Positions 9,586-19,268 are shown, numbered from the stretch's first letter. The stretch: 64,000 nucleotides of DNA from a bacterium (GCA_030638825.1 DAOWDU010000031.1:4206-68205), one strand, 5' to 3'. Numbers and translations are program-made. Notes: generated by a model not told the origin, from the sequence alone.

Positions 9586-10137
9586 TTATTCAGTTGTTCC
9601 CGCCACCTTCTTCCCCACTTTTCTTCTCACCTGTTCCCCAACATATCTAATCCCCTTTCCTTTATACGGCTCTGGTTTCTTCTTGCTTCTAATATCCGCG
9701 GCGATTTGTCCAACTAATTGCTTATCTATACCTGAAATGGTAATCACATTTTTTTCAACTTTTAATTCTATTCCTTCTGGCGCTTCAAAAACAACGGGAT
9801 GGGAAAAACCAAGATTTAAAGTTATATTCTTTCCAGTTTGAGTCGCTTTATGTCCAACTCCGTGAAGTTCCAATTGCTTTTCATATCCTTTCTCAACTCC
9901 TAAAACCATATTAGCAATCAAAGCTCTTGAAAGTCCCCAAAGAGCAAGACTTTTTTTCGTTTCTTTTTTAACAGATAAAATAATTTGATTGTCTCTAATT
10001 TCAACCTGCACATTAAAATCAACCTCAAAATAAAGTTCTCCCTTTGAACCCTTAACAGAAATTCCATTCTTCTTCTCATCAAAAGAAACCGTAATCCCCG
10101 TTGGTATTTCAATTGGTTTTTTTCCTATTTTACTCAT
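9586..10137 (-). CDS. rplF: 50S ribosomal protein L6
   Basis: L6 two-domain sequence and conserved position. Confidence 0.9.
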   Translation of the reverse strand: MSKIGKKPIEIPTGITVSFDEKKNGISVKGSKGELYFEVDFNVQVEIRDNQIILSVKKETKKSLALWGLSRALIANMVLGVEKGYEKQLELHGVGHKATQTGKNITLNLGFSHPVVFEAPEGIELKVEKNVITISGIDKQLVGQIAADIRSKKKPEPYKGKGIRYVGEQVRRKVGKKVAGTTE

Positions 10138-10232
10138 AGATCATTTAAACATATAAGCATTTAAACATTTAAACAAAGTTTTGAAATCTCAACTTGTTTA
10201 TATGTTTATATGCTTAAATGCTTATATGCTAA

Positions 10233-10622
10233 TTACCATACCTCGCAAATAACTTCTCCGCCAACTCCGATTTTCTTCGCTTCTATATTCGTCATCACTC
10301 CTTTTGGCGTTGAAATAATCGCAATTCCGTAACTATTTAAAACTCTTGGGATTTTATCTTTGCCGACATAACTTCTTTGTCCTGGCTTGCTGACTCTTTG
10401 AATTTCAGAAATAGCGTAATGATTATCAACTTTTCTCAAGATAATTTCCAAAGTTATTTTCACACCTTTCTTATGCTGAAGGACATCACCAATATAACCC
10501 TCTTTTTTAAGGATCTTCGCCAGCGCCAATTTAAATTTTGACGACGGCATTTCCACGCTCAAATGATTAGCTCTCTGAGCATTTCTTATTCTCGTTAACA
10601 TATCTGCGATTGGATCTGTCAT
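10233..10622 (-). CDS. rpsH: 30S ribosomal protein S8
   Basis: MTDPIADMLTRIRNA is the canonical S8 N-terminus. Confidence 0.9.
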   Translation of the reverse strand: MTDPIADMLTRIRNAQRANHLSVEMPSSKFKLALAKILKKEGYIGDVLQHKKGVKITLEIILRKVDNHYAISEIQRVSKPGQRSYVGKDKIPRVLNSYGIAIISTPKGVMTNIEAKKIGVGGEVICEVW

Positions 10623-10736
10623 AAGCTACGAAGTTAAAAGTTTATAAAGTTATGAAGTTCTAAAGTTTATAAAGTTCTAAAGTTGAAAGTAAAGGACCTT
10701 ATGAACTTTCTACTTTATAAACTTTAGAACTTCGTC

Positions 10737-10922
10737 TTACCAGCTACTCTTCTTAATCCCTGGCAACTCGCCATTACTCGCTAGTTCTCGAAAACAAATA
10801 CGACATAAATCAAACTTTCTCATATACCCATGCTTTCTTCCGCACTTCCAACACCTTCTCACAATCCGAGTTGAGAATTTTGGTTTTTTAAGAGATTTTG
10901 CTATGAGGGCTGTTCTTGCCAT
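10737..10922 (-). CDS. rpsZ: 30S ribosomal protein S14 type Z (zinc-binding)
   Basis: It is 61 aa with a C4 motif [23 protein letters not shown]. Confidence 0.9.
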   Translation of the reverse strand: MARTALIAKSLKKPKFSTRIVRRCWKCGRKHGYMRKFDLCRICFRELASNGELPGIKKSSW

Positions 10923-10942
10923 ATGGTTGTTTAATATGTTTA

Positions 10943-11497
10943 TTATTCTATTTTATCCACTATCGGAAATCCTAAAAGTTTTAATAATTTATATCCTTCT
11001 TCGTCCGTCTTCGCCGTTGTTGTGATATTAACTTCAAATCCGATAATATTTTTTATTGTTTCTCTGTTCACTTCTGAAAAAATGAGATGCTCTTTGATGC
11101 CAATATTAAAATTTCCATTTCTGTCAAACGCTTTCTTGCTTAATCCTCTGAAATCTCTAACCTGCGGCAAAGCGATATTAATTAATCTGTCTATAAATTC
11201 ATACATTTTCGCTCCTCTCAAAATCGCTGTCAATCCAACTGGCATTCCTTCTCTGATCTTAAATCCAGCAATCGCTTTTTTCGCTTTTGTGACAACTGGT
11301 TTCTGCCCTAAAATATTTGCCATATCTTCCTCTATTTTCTTGAAATCATCTTTGCTATCTCTCAAAATATTTCCCAAGCCAGCGTTGACAACAACTTTAG
11401 TTATCGCAGGAACAGCCATATTATTTTTATAGCCAAATTCCTTCCTCATCTCAGGAACAACTTCTTTTTTATATTTTTCTTTTAAGCGTGTTGTCAT
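10943..11497 (-). CDS. rplE: 50S ribosomal protein L5
   Basis: L5 core and operon position. Confidence 0.9.
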   Translation of the reverse strand: MTTRLKEKYKKEVVPEMRKEFGYKNNMAVPAITKVVVNAGLGNILRDSKDDFKKIEEDMANILGQKPVVTKAKKAIAGFKIREGMPVGLTAILRGAKMYEFIDRLINIALPQVRDFRGLSKKAFDRNGNFNIGIKEHLIFSEVNRETIKNIIGFEVNITTTAKTDEEGYKLLKLLGFPIVDKIE

Positions 11498-11520
11498 TTT
11501 AAGGTTTTAATATTATTTTA

Positions 11521-11644
11521 CTGTCATTGCGAGGAGCTCCGCAGAGCGACGAAGCAATCCCGCAACTATGTCCAATGAATTTAATCACGGGATTGCTTCG
11601 TCGCCATCTCTTCGCTACGCTCAATCGGGCTTCTCGCAATGACA
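11521..11644. mobile_element. Family-A TIR element copy
   Basis: It starts with ctgtcattgcgaggagc, contains gacgaagcaatcccgcaact...cgggattgcttcgtc, and ends with tctcgcaatgacat. Confidence 0.75.
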
Positions 11645-11670
11645 TTTCGCAATCCTAAATTATATGTCAT

Positions 11671-11997
11671 CTATTTCTCCACCTGCACATCAATATTCTC
11701 TTTGCACTTCCGACAAATCCTGTGCTTTTCTTTATTTTCCAATATCAAATATCCAACTCTTGTCTGCTTCGTGCATTTTGGACAAATCAAGGCAACATTA
11801 GAAATATTAATCGGCGCGGGAACGGTTATCTTCTGTCCTTTCTCTCCTTGCTTTCTCGCTTTAATATGCTTTTTTATAAAATTCGCGCCCTCAACAACAA
11901 CCCTGTTTTTCTCAGAAATTACTTTGATAACCTTGCCTTTTTTGCCTTTATCTTTCCCAGCAGTTATTATTACTTTGTCGTTAGTTTTGATTTTCAT
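11671..11997 (-). CDS. rplX: 50S ribosomal protein L24 with an embedded C4 zinc-ribbon
   Basis: The KOW motif KVIITAGKDKGKKGKV is present. The start was trimmed to MKIKTNDKV. The motif CPKC...x19...CRKC replaces the usual C-terminal region. Confidence 0.85.
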   Translation of the reverse strand: MKIKTNDKVIITAGKDKGKKGKVIKVISEKNRVVVEGANFIKKHIKARKQGEKGQKITVPAPINISNVALICPKCTKQTRVGYLILENKEKHRICRKCKENIDVQVEK

Positions 11998-12011
11998 AAA
12001 TGTTTTTATTT

Positions 12012-12081
12012 GGAGCAAGGGCTTTAGCCCGAAAGTGTATTAAATTAATCTATCTGACTATCGGGCTAAAGCCCTCGCTCC
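12012..12081. repeat. Family-B hairpin element (ggagcaagggctttagcccgaaag...cgggctaaagccctcgctcc)
   Basis: It is a near-perfect 25-bp inverted repeat. Other copies are at 29337-29399 and 61198-61267. Confidence 0.75.
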
Positions 12082-12083
12082 GT

Positions 12084-12458
12084 CTATAAAACCTCCGGAG
12101 CCAGCGAAACTATCTTCATAAATCCCTTATCTCTCAACTCTCTTCCAACAGGTCCGAAAATTCGAGTTGCTTTTGGCGTTATTCTGTCTTTGCTTTCAAC
12201 TACAACAGCGGCGTTATCATCAAAACGAATATACGATCCGTCTTTTCTTCTCAACGCTTTTCTTTGTCGGACAATTACTGCCTTAATAACTTCTTTCTTC
12301 TTAACCTGCCCTCTCGGTTCTGATAATTTCACAGAAGCGACAATTACATCTCCAATATAAGCATAGCGCCTTCTCGTTCCGCCAAGAACTTTAATGCACT
12401 TTATCAATTTCGCCCCCGAATTGTCCGCAATCATAAGTTTGCTTCCTTGTTGAATCAT
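12084..12458 (-). CDS. rplN: 50S ribosomal protein L14
   Basis: [17 protein letters not shown] is the canonical L14 N-terminus. Confidence 0.9.
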   Translation of the reverse strand: MIQQGSKLMIADNSGAKLIKCIKVLGGTRRRYAYIGDVIVASVKLSEPRGQVKKKEVIKAVIVRQRKALRRKDGSYIRFDDNAAVVVESKDRITPKATRIFGPVGRELRDKGFMKIVSLAPEVL

Positions 12459-12540
12459 GATTTTTTAAATTTGAATTTAGTGTTTTTTATAAATAACTAT
12501 AAATTAACGACTCTTTTATTTTCTAAAATGAAATTTCTAT

Positions 12541-12813
12541 CTATTTCTCAATACTTTTCGCCACCCACTTCTTATCTTTACTAATCGGCTTAGTTTCCAT
12601 AATCATCACCTTATCCCCAATCTTAAATTCATTCCCCTCATCATGCGCTTTGTATTTCTTGCTTACTTTATACTTCTTCTTATATTTAGCATGCATCTTC
12701 AACCGATCAATTTTAACAACAACCGTCTTATCCATTTTATCACTCACAACAATGCCAACCTTGCCTTTTTTGGCGCTCTTTTTTTCTTTATTTTTTTCGT
12801 TGTCTTTATTCAT
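12541..12813 (-). CDS. rpsQ: 30S ribosomal protein S17
   Basis: The S17 OB-fold core ([16 protein letters not shown]...HDE.NE..IGD.V.I.E.KP.SK.K.W) is present. Confidence 0.85.
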   Translation of the reverse strand: MNKDNEKNKEKKSAKKGKVGIVVSDKMDKTVVVKIDRLKMHAKYKKKYKVSKKYKAHDEGNEFKIGDKVMIMETKPISKDKKWVAKSIEK

Positions 12814-12840
12814 AAATAATCTTATAGATATTGAAATAAC

Positions 12841-13041
12841 TTATTTCTTTTCCTTTAAATACCTTTCCCTTAAAATCGTCTTCGCAACCGCAATTATTTT
12901 CTTCGCTTTCTTAATCTCATTATAATCCTTCAACTGCTTATTAGTCAAAGCAAACCTAAACTCTCTCAGCTTTTCTTTATTTTCCTTAATCAAACTTTGC
13001 AATTGATTATCAGATTGTTCTCTATATTCTTTTGCCTGCAT
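12841..13041 (-). CDS. rpmC: 50S ribosomal protein L29
   Basis: It is a 66-aa helical protein beginning LREFRFAL, located between rplP and rpsQ. Confidence 0.85.
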   Translation of the reverse strand: MQAKEYREQSDNQLQSLIKENKEKLREFRFALTNKQLKDYNEIKKAKKIIAVAKTILRERYLKEKK

Positions 13042-13050
13042 ATAATTAAA

Positions 13051-13458
13051 TTATTCTTTAACAATAAACCTCGTCTTAATCGGCAACTTATGACTCGCCA
13101 GACGCATTGCCTCTTTCGCCACATCTTCTTCAATCCCTTCCATTTCAAATATAATCCTGCCTGGTTTTACAACTGCTGAGAAATGATCCAAACTTCCTTT
13201 TCCACTACCCATCGGAACTTCTGCCGCTTTTTTCGTAATTGGTTTATCAGGAAAAATTCTAATCCAGATCTTGCCGCCTCTTTGCACATATCTCGTCATC
13301 GCCCGCCTCGCCGCTTCAATTTGCCTGCTCGTAATCAAAGAAGTCGCCATCGCTTTCAAACCAAAAGACCCAAAAGCAATTTTATTGCCGCGCTGCGCCT
13401 TCCCACGCATTCTTCCCTTCATCATCTTCCTGTGTTTTACTTTTTTGGGCATCAACAT
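13051..13458 (-). CDS. rplP: 50S ribosomal protein L16
   Basis: [11 protein letters not shown]...GRMRG is the canonical L16 N-terminus. Confidence 0.9.
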   Translation of the reverse strand: MLMPKKVKHRKMMKGRMRGKAQRGNKIAFGSFGLKAMATSLITSRQIEAARRAMTRYVQRGGKIWIRIFPDKPITKKAAEVPMGSGKGSLDHFSAVVKPGRIIFEMEGIEEDVAKEAMRLASHKLPIKTRFIVKE

Positions 13459-13504
13459 AATCGTGCATTAAAATTAAAGCGAATTATAGATAATAATTAT
13501 TGAA

Positions 13505-13670
13505 ATATTTAAACCAACCTATTTTTTAAAGCTGTAATTTTCAATTTCTAATTTCTAATTTTTATTGAATTTCTAATTCTTTAATTTCTAATCTTAAAAC
13601 TTCAAAATTGAAAATTAATTATTGAAAATTTAATAGAAATTAGAAATTAGAAATTAGAAATTTTTTACAG
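13505..13670. repeat. AT-rich palindromic array (agaaatt / aatttct units) in the rpsC-rplP intergenic region
   Basis: Inverted arrays of aatttctaatttctaat are mirrored by attagaaattagaaatt. A similar block lies at 37501-37655. Confidence 0.6.
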
Positions 13671-14315
13671 CTATTTCTTCTCCTCAAATACCTCTCCCTT
13701 ATAAATCCAAACCTTTATCCCCACAACTCCATAAGTAGTATTAGCAACATATTTCGCAAAACTAATATCGGCTCGGATTGTTTGCAAAGGAATTTTTCCT
13801 TCGCTCAACCATTCTGTTCTTGCCATTTCTGCGCCGTCTAATCTTCCCGCTACTTCAACTTTAATCCCTTTCGCTTGTTTATTTTGCATTGTTCTTTCAA
13901 TCGCTTGTTTCAAAGTTCTTCTGAATGGAAATCTTTTTTCTAACTGTTCCGCAATTGTTTGGGCAACGAGTTTTGCGCTCAATTCGTAATTCCTGATTTC
14001 AATAATATTTATTTTAATATCCAACTTTTCATTGACCATTTTCGTCACTTCCGCTTTCAATTCTTCCACGCCAGTTCCGCCTCTGCCTATTATTATTCCC
14101 GGCCGCGCGGAATGAATATTGACCGTCAAACTATTAGACGATCTTTCAATAATAATATCTTCCACTGAAGCGCTTCTTAATTTCTTTTCCAAAAAAGTTC
14201 GCAGTTCTATGTCATTCCTTAAATACTGTTTATATTTATCCGCGTTAAACCATCTTGACTTCCAGTCATTTATAATTCCCAGTCTATGTAAAAATGGATT
14301 CACTTTTCGCGCCAT
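13671..14315 (-). CDS. rpsC: 30S ribosomal protein S3
   Basis: The KH domain and the S3 C-terminal domain are present. Confidence 0.9.
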   Translation of the reverse strand: MARKVNPFLHRLGIINDWKSRWFNADKYKQYLRNDIELRTFLEKKLRSASVEDIIIERSSNSLTVNIHSARPGIIIGRGGTGVEELKAEVTKMVNEKLDIKINIIEIRNYELSAKLVAQTIAEQLEKRFPFRRTLKQAIERTMQNKQAKGIKVEVAGRLDGAEMARTEWLSEGKIPLQTIRADISFAKYVANTTYGVVGIKVWIYKGEVFEEKK

Positions 14316-14327
14316 GTGTTTTTTAAA

Positions 14328-14660
14328 TTATTTCTTATCTAAAATTATCGTCACATTACTCGTCCTTTTATTTATCCTCGCTGATCTTCCCATTGCTCTC
14401 GGTCGCCACCTTTTCATAATTTTCCCGTCATTAACTACTATTTTTGAAATATATAAATTTTTCTCATCTAAATTAAAATTATTCTTAGCATTAGCGACAG
14501 CGGAATTTAACAACTTCAATAATAATTCTGACGATTTTTTATTAATGAATTTCAACTGCGTTTGCGCTTCTTTAATTTCCATCTTCCTAATCAAATCAAC
14601 AACCAACCTCACTTTTCGTGAAGAAACTCTCAAATGATTTAAATGTGCCTTAATTTCCAT
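14328..14660 (-). CDS. rplV: 50S ribosomal protein L22
   Basis: The L22 core and operon position support the call. Confidence 0.9.
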   Translation of the reverse strand: MEIKAHLNHLRVSSRKVRLVVDLIRKMEIKEAQTQLKFINKKSSELLLKLLNSAVANAKNNFNLDEKNLYISKIVVNDGKIMKRWRPRAMGRSARINKRTSNVTIILDKK

Positions 14661-14688
14661 GGTTGTTGTTTAAATTATTTTCTACTAC

Positions 14689-14830
14689 CTGTCATTGCGA
14701 GGAGCCCGATTGAGCATAGCGAAGAGATGGCGACGAAGCAATCCCGTGATTAAATTCATCTTGCATAGTCACGGGATTGCTTCGTCGACATTTCTCTCAC
14801 TTCGTTCGTTCAGCCTCCTCGCAATGACAG
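14689..14830. mobile_element. Family-A TIR element copy, between rpsS and rplV
   Basis: It runs from ctgtcattgcgaggagcc to cctcctcgcaatgacag and includes the internal gacgaagcaatcccgtg...acgggattgcttcgtcg palindrome. Confidence 0.75.
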
Positions 14831-15124
14831 CTACTTCTCTCCCGCTTTCTTTTCCTGATCTTTCTGCATCTTTCCGCCGTGTTTAATAAATTTCTTCGTT
14901 GGAGAAAATTCTCCCAGTTTATGTCCGACCATATCTTCTGATATAAAAACTTCAATATGTTTTTTGCCGTTGTGAACTCCAAAAGTAAAACCAACCATCT
15001 CCGGAGAAATCGTAGAATTTCTCGCCCAAGTCTTGATAACGGATTTATCTCCCGCTTTCAGCTTCTTGATTTTCTCTAATAATTTTTCGTCCACATAAGG
15101 ACCTTTTTTGAGTGATCTAGACAT
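14831..15124 (-). CDS. rpsS: 30S ribosomal protein S19
   Basis: [16 protein letters not shown] and GHKLGEF are the S19 signature. Confidence 0.9.
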   Translation of the reverse strand: MSRSLKKGPYVDEKLLEKIKKLKAGDKSVIKTWARNSTISPEMVGFTFGVHNGKKHIEVFISEDMVGHKLGEFSPTKKFIKHGGKMQKDQEKKAGEK

Positions 15125-15133
15125 AAATTAATT

Positions 15134-15427
15134 TTAAATGGTAGCAGAATTTGCTATTAAAAATATTAAAACAAAAATAAAACCTTGAATCAAAGACACA
15201 ACTCCTATAAATTTCATAATACGCGGTGCTTTTTTTTCGTCGTAAATATATTCAATTGTTTTAGTTTCAAGAAAATTAATTTTTTTATTATTATACTTAA
15301 GACTAAAAATAGATTTTCCCATTTTACAAAAATTTATTCCGATAAATCTATTAAAAATAATTAACAAAACACCTATTAGAATAAAGTAGCAACCTACAAA
15401 AAATAGATTATATATTATTTCATTCAT
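15134..15427 (-). CDS. Hypothetical small membrane protein (2 predicted TM helices) inserted between rplB and rpsS
   Basis: There are two hydrophobic stretches and no ribosomal homology. Confidence 0.4.
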   Translation of the reverse strand: MNEIIYNLFFVGCYFILIGVLLIIFNRFIGINFCKMGKSIFSLKYNNKKINFLETKTIEYIYDEKKAPRIMKFIGVVSLIQGFIFVLIFLIANSATI

Positions 15428-15457
15428 TAGACTATTGAAACTTATAAATAATAAATT

Positions 15458-16291
15458 TTATTCCTCATCTTTCTTCTTAATCCTAAACCTCGTCTTCGGC
15501 TTATTCTTCTTTCTTGTTTTAAATCCAAGCGCTGGTTTTCCCCATGGGGTTTTCGGATGTTTCAGTCCAATCGGCTGTCTTCCTTCTCCTCCTCCGTGCG
15601 GATGATCTACTGGATTCATCGCGCTTCCTCTAACTTGCGGTCGTTTGCCCATCCATCTTGATCTACCCGCTTTTCCGATGACGATTTTATTATGATCAAT
15701 ATTGCTAATCTGTCCGATCGTCGCAAAAGCGTCTTCAGGAATTAGTTCAACTTTTTTGGATGAAAAACTGACATAAGCAAACCCGCTTTCCAAAGCCATC
15801 ATTTTAGCGGAAGATCCAGCAGATCTTGCGATTTGGCTTCCTTTACCGGGAGTTAATTCAACATTACAGATCATCGTCCCTGCAGGGATTTTTTTCAAAG
15901 GCATTCTGTTACCAACTTTTACGGGCGCATTTTCAGAAACAATAATTTTGTCATTCTTCTTCAATCCTTCCTGCGCGACAATATATCTTTTTTCTCCATC
16001 AGCATAAGCAAGTAAAGCGATAAACGCGGTTCTATTCGGATCATATTCAATCGCCTGAACTTTTGCTGGAACATCAAGCTTGTTCATCTTAAAATCAATC
16101 AGCCTAAATCTTTTCTTCGCTCCTCCGCCTCTATGTCTGGTCGTAATTTTCCCAGCGCTCCCTCGCCCGCTTCCTCTTTTTTTCCCTTCCAGCAAACTTT
16201 TTTCTGGTTTCTTTTTATCAAGCATAGAAAAATCAGTTCCGATCATTCCTCTTCTCCCTGGCGATGTTGGTTTATATTTTTTTACTGGCAT
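15458..16291 (-). CDS. rplB: 50S ribosomal protein L2
   Basis: The motif GRNxxGxITxRHRGGG and other L2 motifs are present. Confidence 0.9.
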   Translation of the reverse strand: MPVKKYKPTSPGRRGMIGTDFSMLDKKKPEKSLLEGKKRGSGRGSAGKITTRHRGGGAKKRFRLIDFKMNKLDVPAKVQAIEYDPNRTAFIALLAYADGEKRYIVAQEGLKKNDKIIVSENAPVKVGNRMPLKKIPAGTMICNVELTPGKGSQIARSAGSSAKMMALESGFAYVSFSSKKVELIPEDAFATIGQISNIDHNKIVIGKAGRSRWMGKRPQVRGSAMNPVDHPHGGGEGRQPIGLKHPKTPWGKPALGFKTRKKNKPKTRFRIKKKDEE

Positions 16292-16301
16292 AATATTAAA
16301 T

Positions 16302-16781
16302 TTATTTCTTCTCCTTCATCACATCAATTTTATTCCCTTTCGCCAAAGTAACAATTGCTTTCTTATATCCGCTTTTCATTCCGGGCACTCCTTTGAATTT
16401 TTTTGGCTTGGAAGGAACCTTTGTAATATTGACACTTTTGACAACTACTCCGTATAAACTGGCAACCGCTTTTTTCACTTCTGATTTATTCGCTGTTGAT
16501 GAAATTACAAAAACATATTTATCCTCATTATTAAATCGCAGAGCCTTTTCTGAAATATGCGGTTTTTTTATCAACTCAAAATAATGAACAGGCATTTTCT
16601 CCCTACTAACCTTTTTCGCCTTCCCACTTTTTCCAGATGATTTGCCTTTCTTTTTCTTATCTGCTTCCTTCGCTTCTTTCTCTACTTTCTTTTCTTCTTT
16701 AACTTCTTTCTTGTCTCTCTGATCTTCTTTAACATCCTCCTTATCATCTTTCTTTTTTCTAATTTTATCTAAAATACTCAT
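16302..16781 (-). CDS. rplW: 50S ribosomal protein L23 with a roughly 60-aa Lys/Glu-rich N-terminal extension
   Basis: The C-terminal 95 aa match the L23 core (HYFELIKKPHISEKA...). Confidence 0.85.
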   Translation of the reverse strand: MSILDKIRKKKDDKEDVKEDQRDKKEVKEEKKVEKEAKEADKKKKGKSSGKSGKAKKVSREKMPVHYFELIKKPHISEKALRFNNEDKYVFVISSTANKSEVKKAVASLYGVVVKSVNITKVPSKPKKFKGVPGMKSGYKKAIVTLAKGNKIDVMKEKK

Positions 16782-16800
16782 CTTCTTTAATATTATTCTA

Positions 16801-16985
16801 CGGCACTTTAGTGCACGGTCGGTGAGGTTTTAACCTCACGCAATTTAGCTCAACACATTTCGGAACTTGGTTCTGGGTACCCAGAACCAAGTTCCGAAAT
16901 GTTGTGATATTTTAAAATTGCTTCTTTTCTCGGGAGGTTAAAACCTCACGGACCCTCGGCTAAAGCCGGGTAGAAATCATCCGAC
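16801..16985. mobile_element. Family-D TIR element (gaggttttaacctc core; ...ggctaaagccgggtagaaat terminus)
   Basis: Inverted termini enclose an internal palindrome. A larger copy lies at 29708-30068. Confidence 0.65.
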
Positions 16986-16990
16986 TAAAC

Positions 16991-17617
16991 TTACTTATAA
17001 ATCTCCCCTATCATCTCAACCCCTTTCTTATTAATAACCAAGAATTTATTCTTCAACAAATCCACCACATTCAACGAATCACTTGCCAATACCGAAACAC
17101 TAGGAATATTCTTAACTGAGTTTAAAATATTTTCATTATTCTTATCTAAAGATAATAACACTTTTCCTTTAATTGGCAAGCTCTTGAAAATATCTTTCAT
17201 TACTTTCGTAGAAGTTTTATTTATTTTTAAATCATCTACAACTATTATTTCTTCATCTTTCAGCTTTCCTGACAAAACCATAAACAACGCTTTCGTCTTC
17301 ATTTTCTTATTTACTCTCTTGCTAAAATTCCGATCAGTAGTCGGTCCAAATGTCACCCCCCCGCCTTTCCAAATCGGAGATCTGCTTGACCCATGCCTCG
17401 CTCTCCCCGTCCCTTTCTGCTTCCAAGGTTTTCTTCCCCCGCCTCTCACCTCACCCTTATCTTTCGTATCCGCCAAAACCTGCCTCGCATTCGCCATCTG
17501 CGCCACAACAACCTGATGCACCAAATCATCATTTAATTCCACACCAAAAACACTCTCCAGCAATTCCATCTCGCCACTTTCTTTCCCTTCTTGATTGTAG
17601 ATTTTAGTTTTTAGCAT
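16991..17617 (-). CDS. rplD: 50S ribosomal protein L4
   Basis: The L4 core with the GTGRAR motif (KGTGRARHGS) is present. Confidence 0.9.
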   Translation of the reverse strand: MLKTKIYNQEGKESGEMELLESVFGVELNDDLVHQVVVAQMANARQVLADTKDKGEVRGGGRKPWKQKGTGRARHGSSRSPIWKGGGVTFGPTTDRNFSKRVNKKMKTKALFMVLSGKLKDEEIIVVDDLKINKTSTKVMKDIFKSLPIKGKVLLSLDKNNENILNSVKNIPSVSVLASDSLNVVDLLKNKFLVINKKGVEMIGEIYK

Positions 17618-17654
17618 AATATTTATGAAATATTTTTACTGATTTACTTTTTTA

Positions 17655-18098
17655 CTAAATTGCATTCCATATTTCCCAACATGGAGCAAGATAGAATTCG
17701 TCTCCTATAAATAAGGGAGTATAAGCAAAAATAAAGGCAGACAAGAATACAACAAGAGTAGCAATTTTTAAATACTTCCAATCATTAGGAGAAAATAAAA
17801 TTATTTTTGATTTTACTAACACAAGTTTTACAAAAACAATTGCTAATGATATTATTATAGCTATAAATGACCAAGTAGTAAGTTTTTTGTGAACTAAATT
17901 TTCTTCAGTCGGAATCTGGACATTTTGACAAGCTTCTTTTAATTTCATACTATCGTTACCAGCATTACTGAGAAGAGTTTTATTATATTTGTTATATGTA
18001 TTCTGATAATTTACTACAAAAACTGAATTTACTATATTTAAAAATAAAGTGAAAACTACGAATAACAGAATTAAAATTTTTGTTATTTTAATTATCAT
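17655..18098 (-). CDS. Hypothetical integral membrane protein (about 4 TM)
   Basis: Hydrophobic segments. It is inserted between rplC and rplD. Confidence 0.4.
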   Translation of the reverse strand: MIIKITKILILLFVVFTLFLNIVNSVFVVNYQNTYNKYNKTLLSNAGNDSMKLKEACQNVQIPTEENLVHKKLTTWSFIAIIISLAIVFVKLVLVKSKIILFSPNDWKYLKIATLVVFLSAFIFAYTPLFIGDEFYLAPCWEIWNAI

Positions 18099-18198
18099 AA
18101 AAACAAATTGATTTAATTTGGAATGTTTAGTTTAAATATAAAAATTATGAAAAAATTGCGGAGCTTTAGCTATTCTATTAACCAAAGCCCCTATTGTC

Positions 18199-18531
18199 TT
18201 ATTTGCGAAGCCAGTTGTCATGGTCTATGTATATATCATTTTTATAATTAAAATTATACACACAATAGACATACCTCTTCGGAATCAACACTGCTGATTT
18301 ACCATTATGCGGAACCCAAAGCCAATTTTGTGGGTTCGCATCAGGATCCCCAGGAATGAAAAACAGGAAATTTAAAGGTCCTCCTGTTCCCCTTACTTCG
18401 GGATGCCAATCTGGATTATAGTCTGCGTTAAACGCTAAAGCAAAATGATCCCTATCGTCATGGAACATAAAACCATATTCTGCATATCTTGCATCGCGTG
18501 CCGATGCTGGCGCTATCATTACGCAAAACAC
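18199..18531 (-). CDS. Hypothetical protein that may be secreted; the 5' end is uncertain
   Basis: The ORF follows a signal-peptide-like stretch that an in-frame TGA interrupts; see the findings. Confidence 0.3.
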   Translation of the reverse strand: MFCVMIAPASARDARYAEYGFMFHDDRDHFALAFNADYNPDWHPEVRGTGGPLNFLFFIPGDPDANPQNWLWVPHNGKSAVLIPKRYVYCVYNFNYKNDIYIDHDNWLRK

Positions 18532-18764
18532 AGCAATCAGTAGTGTTGCTACTGCTATTGTCCTAAATCTTATTTTCTCACCTCTTTTTGTTCTTATGTC
18601 CCCAAGTCATCAAGAATAAAGCATTGTTTCATTCTTATTCTCTCTTCAGAAACAGTGAAAATTTTCTAAACTAAAATTTAAAAAACTCAACACTGTCTCT
18701 AAAAAAGTTCAAGAAGCGTATTTTTTGTTTTTTAAAAGAACATTTTTTATTTCCTTAAGATTAT

Positions 18765-19268
18765 TTAAACTCCCGATAGACAATCTCCCATCATTATCAT
18801 TCCAAACGGTTTTCCAAGAAGATCATACTGCTTACTCATTATCATAATATTTTTGTCTCTAAAAAGAGTAAAGACATTAATATTACCAAAACCAGTTTCC
18901 TCAATCAAATAAACAGTTGATCCATTGTCAATTTTTATCAAAGAGACTTCATCGCCTAAATTACCTACTATAGAAGGAACATCAGTGTCAATATCTACAA
19001 AAGTGAGCGTTGTAGATTTTTCATCAATATTAATCTCACCGCTAATATGATCTTTTTCAAAATCTGTCGTCGCTGATATTTTTAATGTGCATACAACACT
19101 ATCAGAATATGGCAACCTTGACTCTTTCCAATTTTCATTAAGAGAAATTGTCTTTTTATTATTACTAACAGGAAAATTATTTGTATGTCTATCCAAAAAT
19201 ATAACTGTGAATAAAAATGTAACTGCAATGACTACAAAAATAATTACTATTAAAAATATTTTTTTCAT
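18765..19268 (-). CDS. Hypothetical membrane-anchored protein (N-terminal TM plus an extracytoplasmic domain)
   Basis: N-terminus is MKKIFLIVIIFVVIAVTFLFTVIFL. It is inserted between rplC and rplD. Confidence 0.4.
   Translation of the reverse strand: MKKIFLIVIIFVVIAVTFLFTVIFLDRHTNNFPVSNNKKTISLNENWKESRLPYSDSVVCTLKISATTDFEKDHISGEINIDEKSTTLTFVDIDTDVPSIVGNLGDEVSLIKIDNGSTVYLIEETGFGNINVFTLFRDKNIMIMSKQYDLLGKPFGMIMMGDCLSGV

Noticed and set aside
11022-11432. Many track ORFs antisense to ribosomal and other genes (for example 11022-11432, 16080-16457, 17184-17607, 27536-27919, 28810-29316)
   Set aside because: They are low-complexity shadow ORFs of strongly supported genes on the other strand.
14695-14886. 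Track ORFs lying entirely within family-A repeats (also 23501-23734 and 59420-59812)
   Set aside because: They are encoded by the palindromic element itself. The same peptide-like sequence recurs wherever the element occurs, so they are not independent genes.
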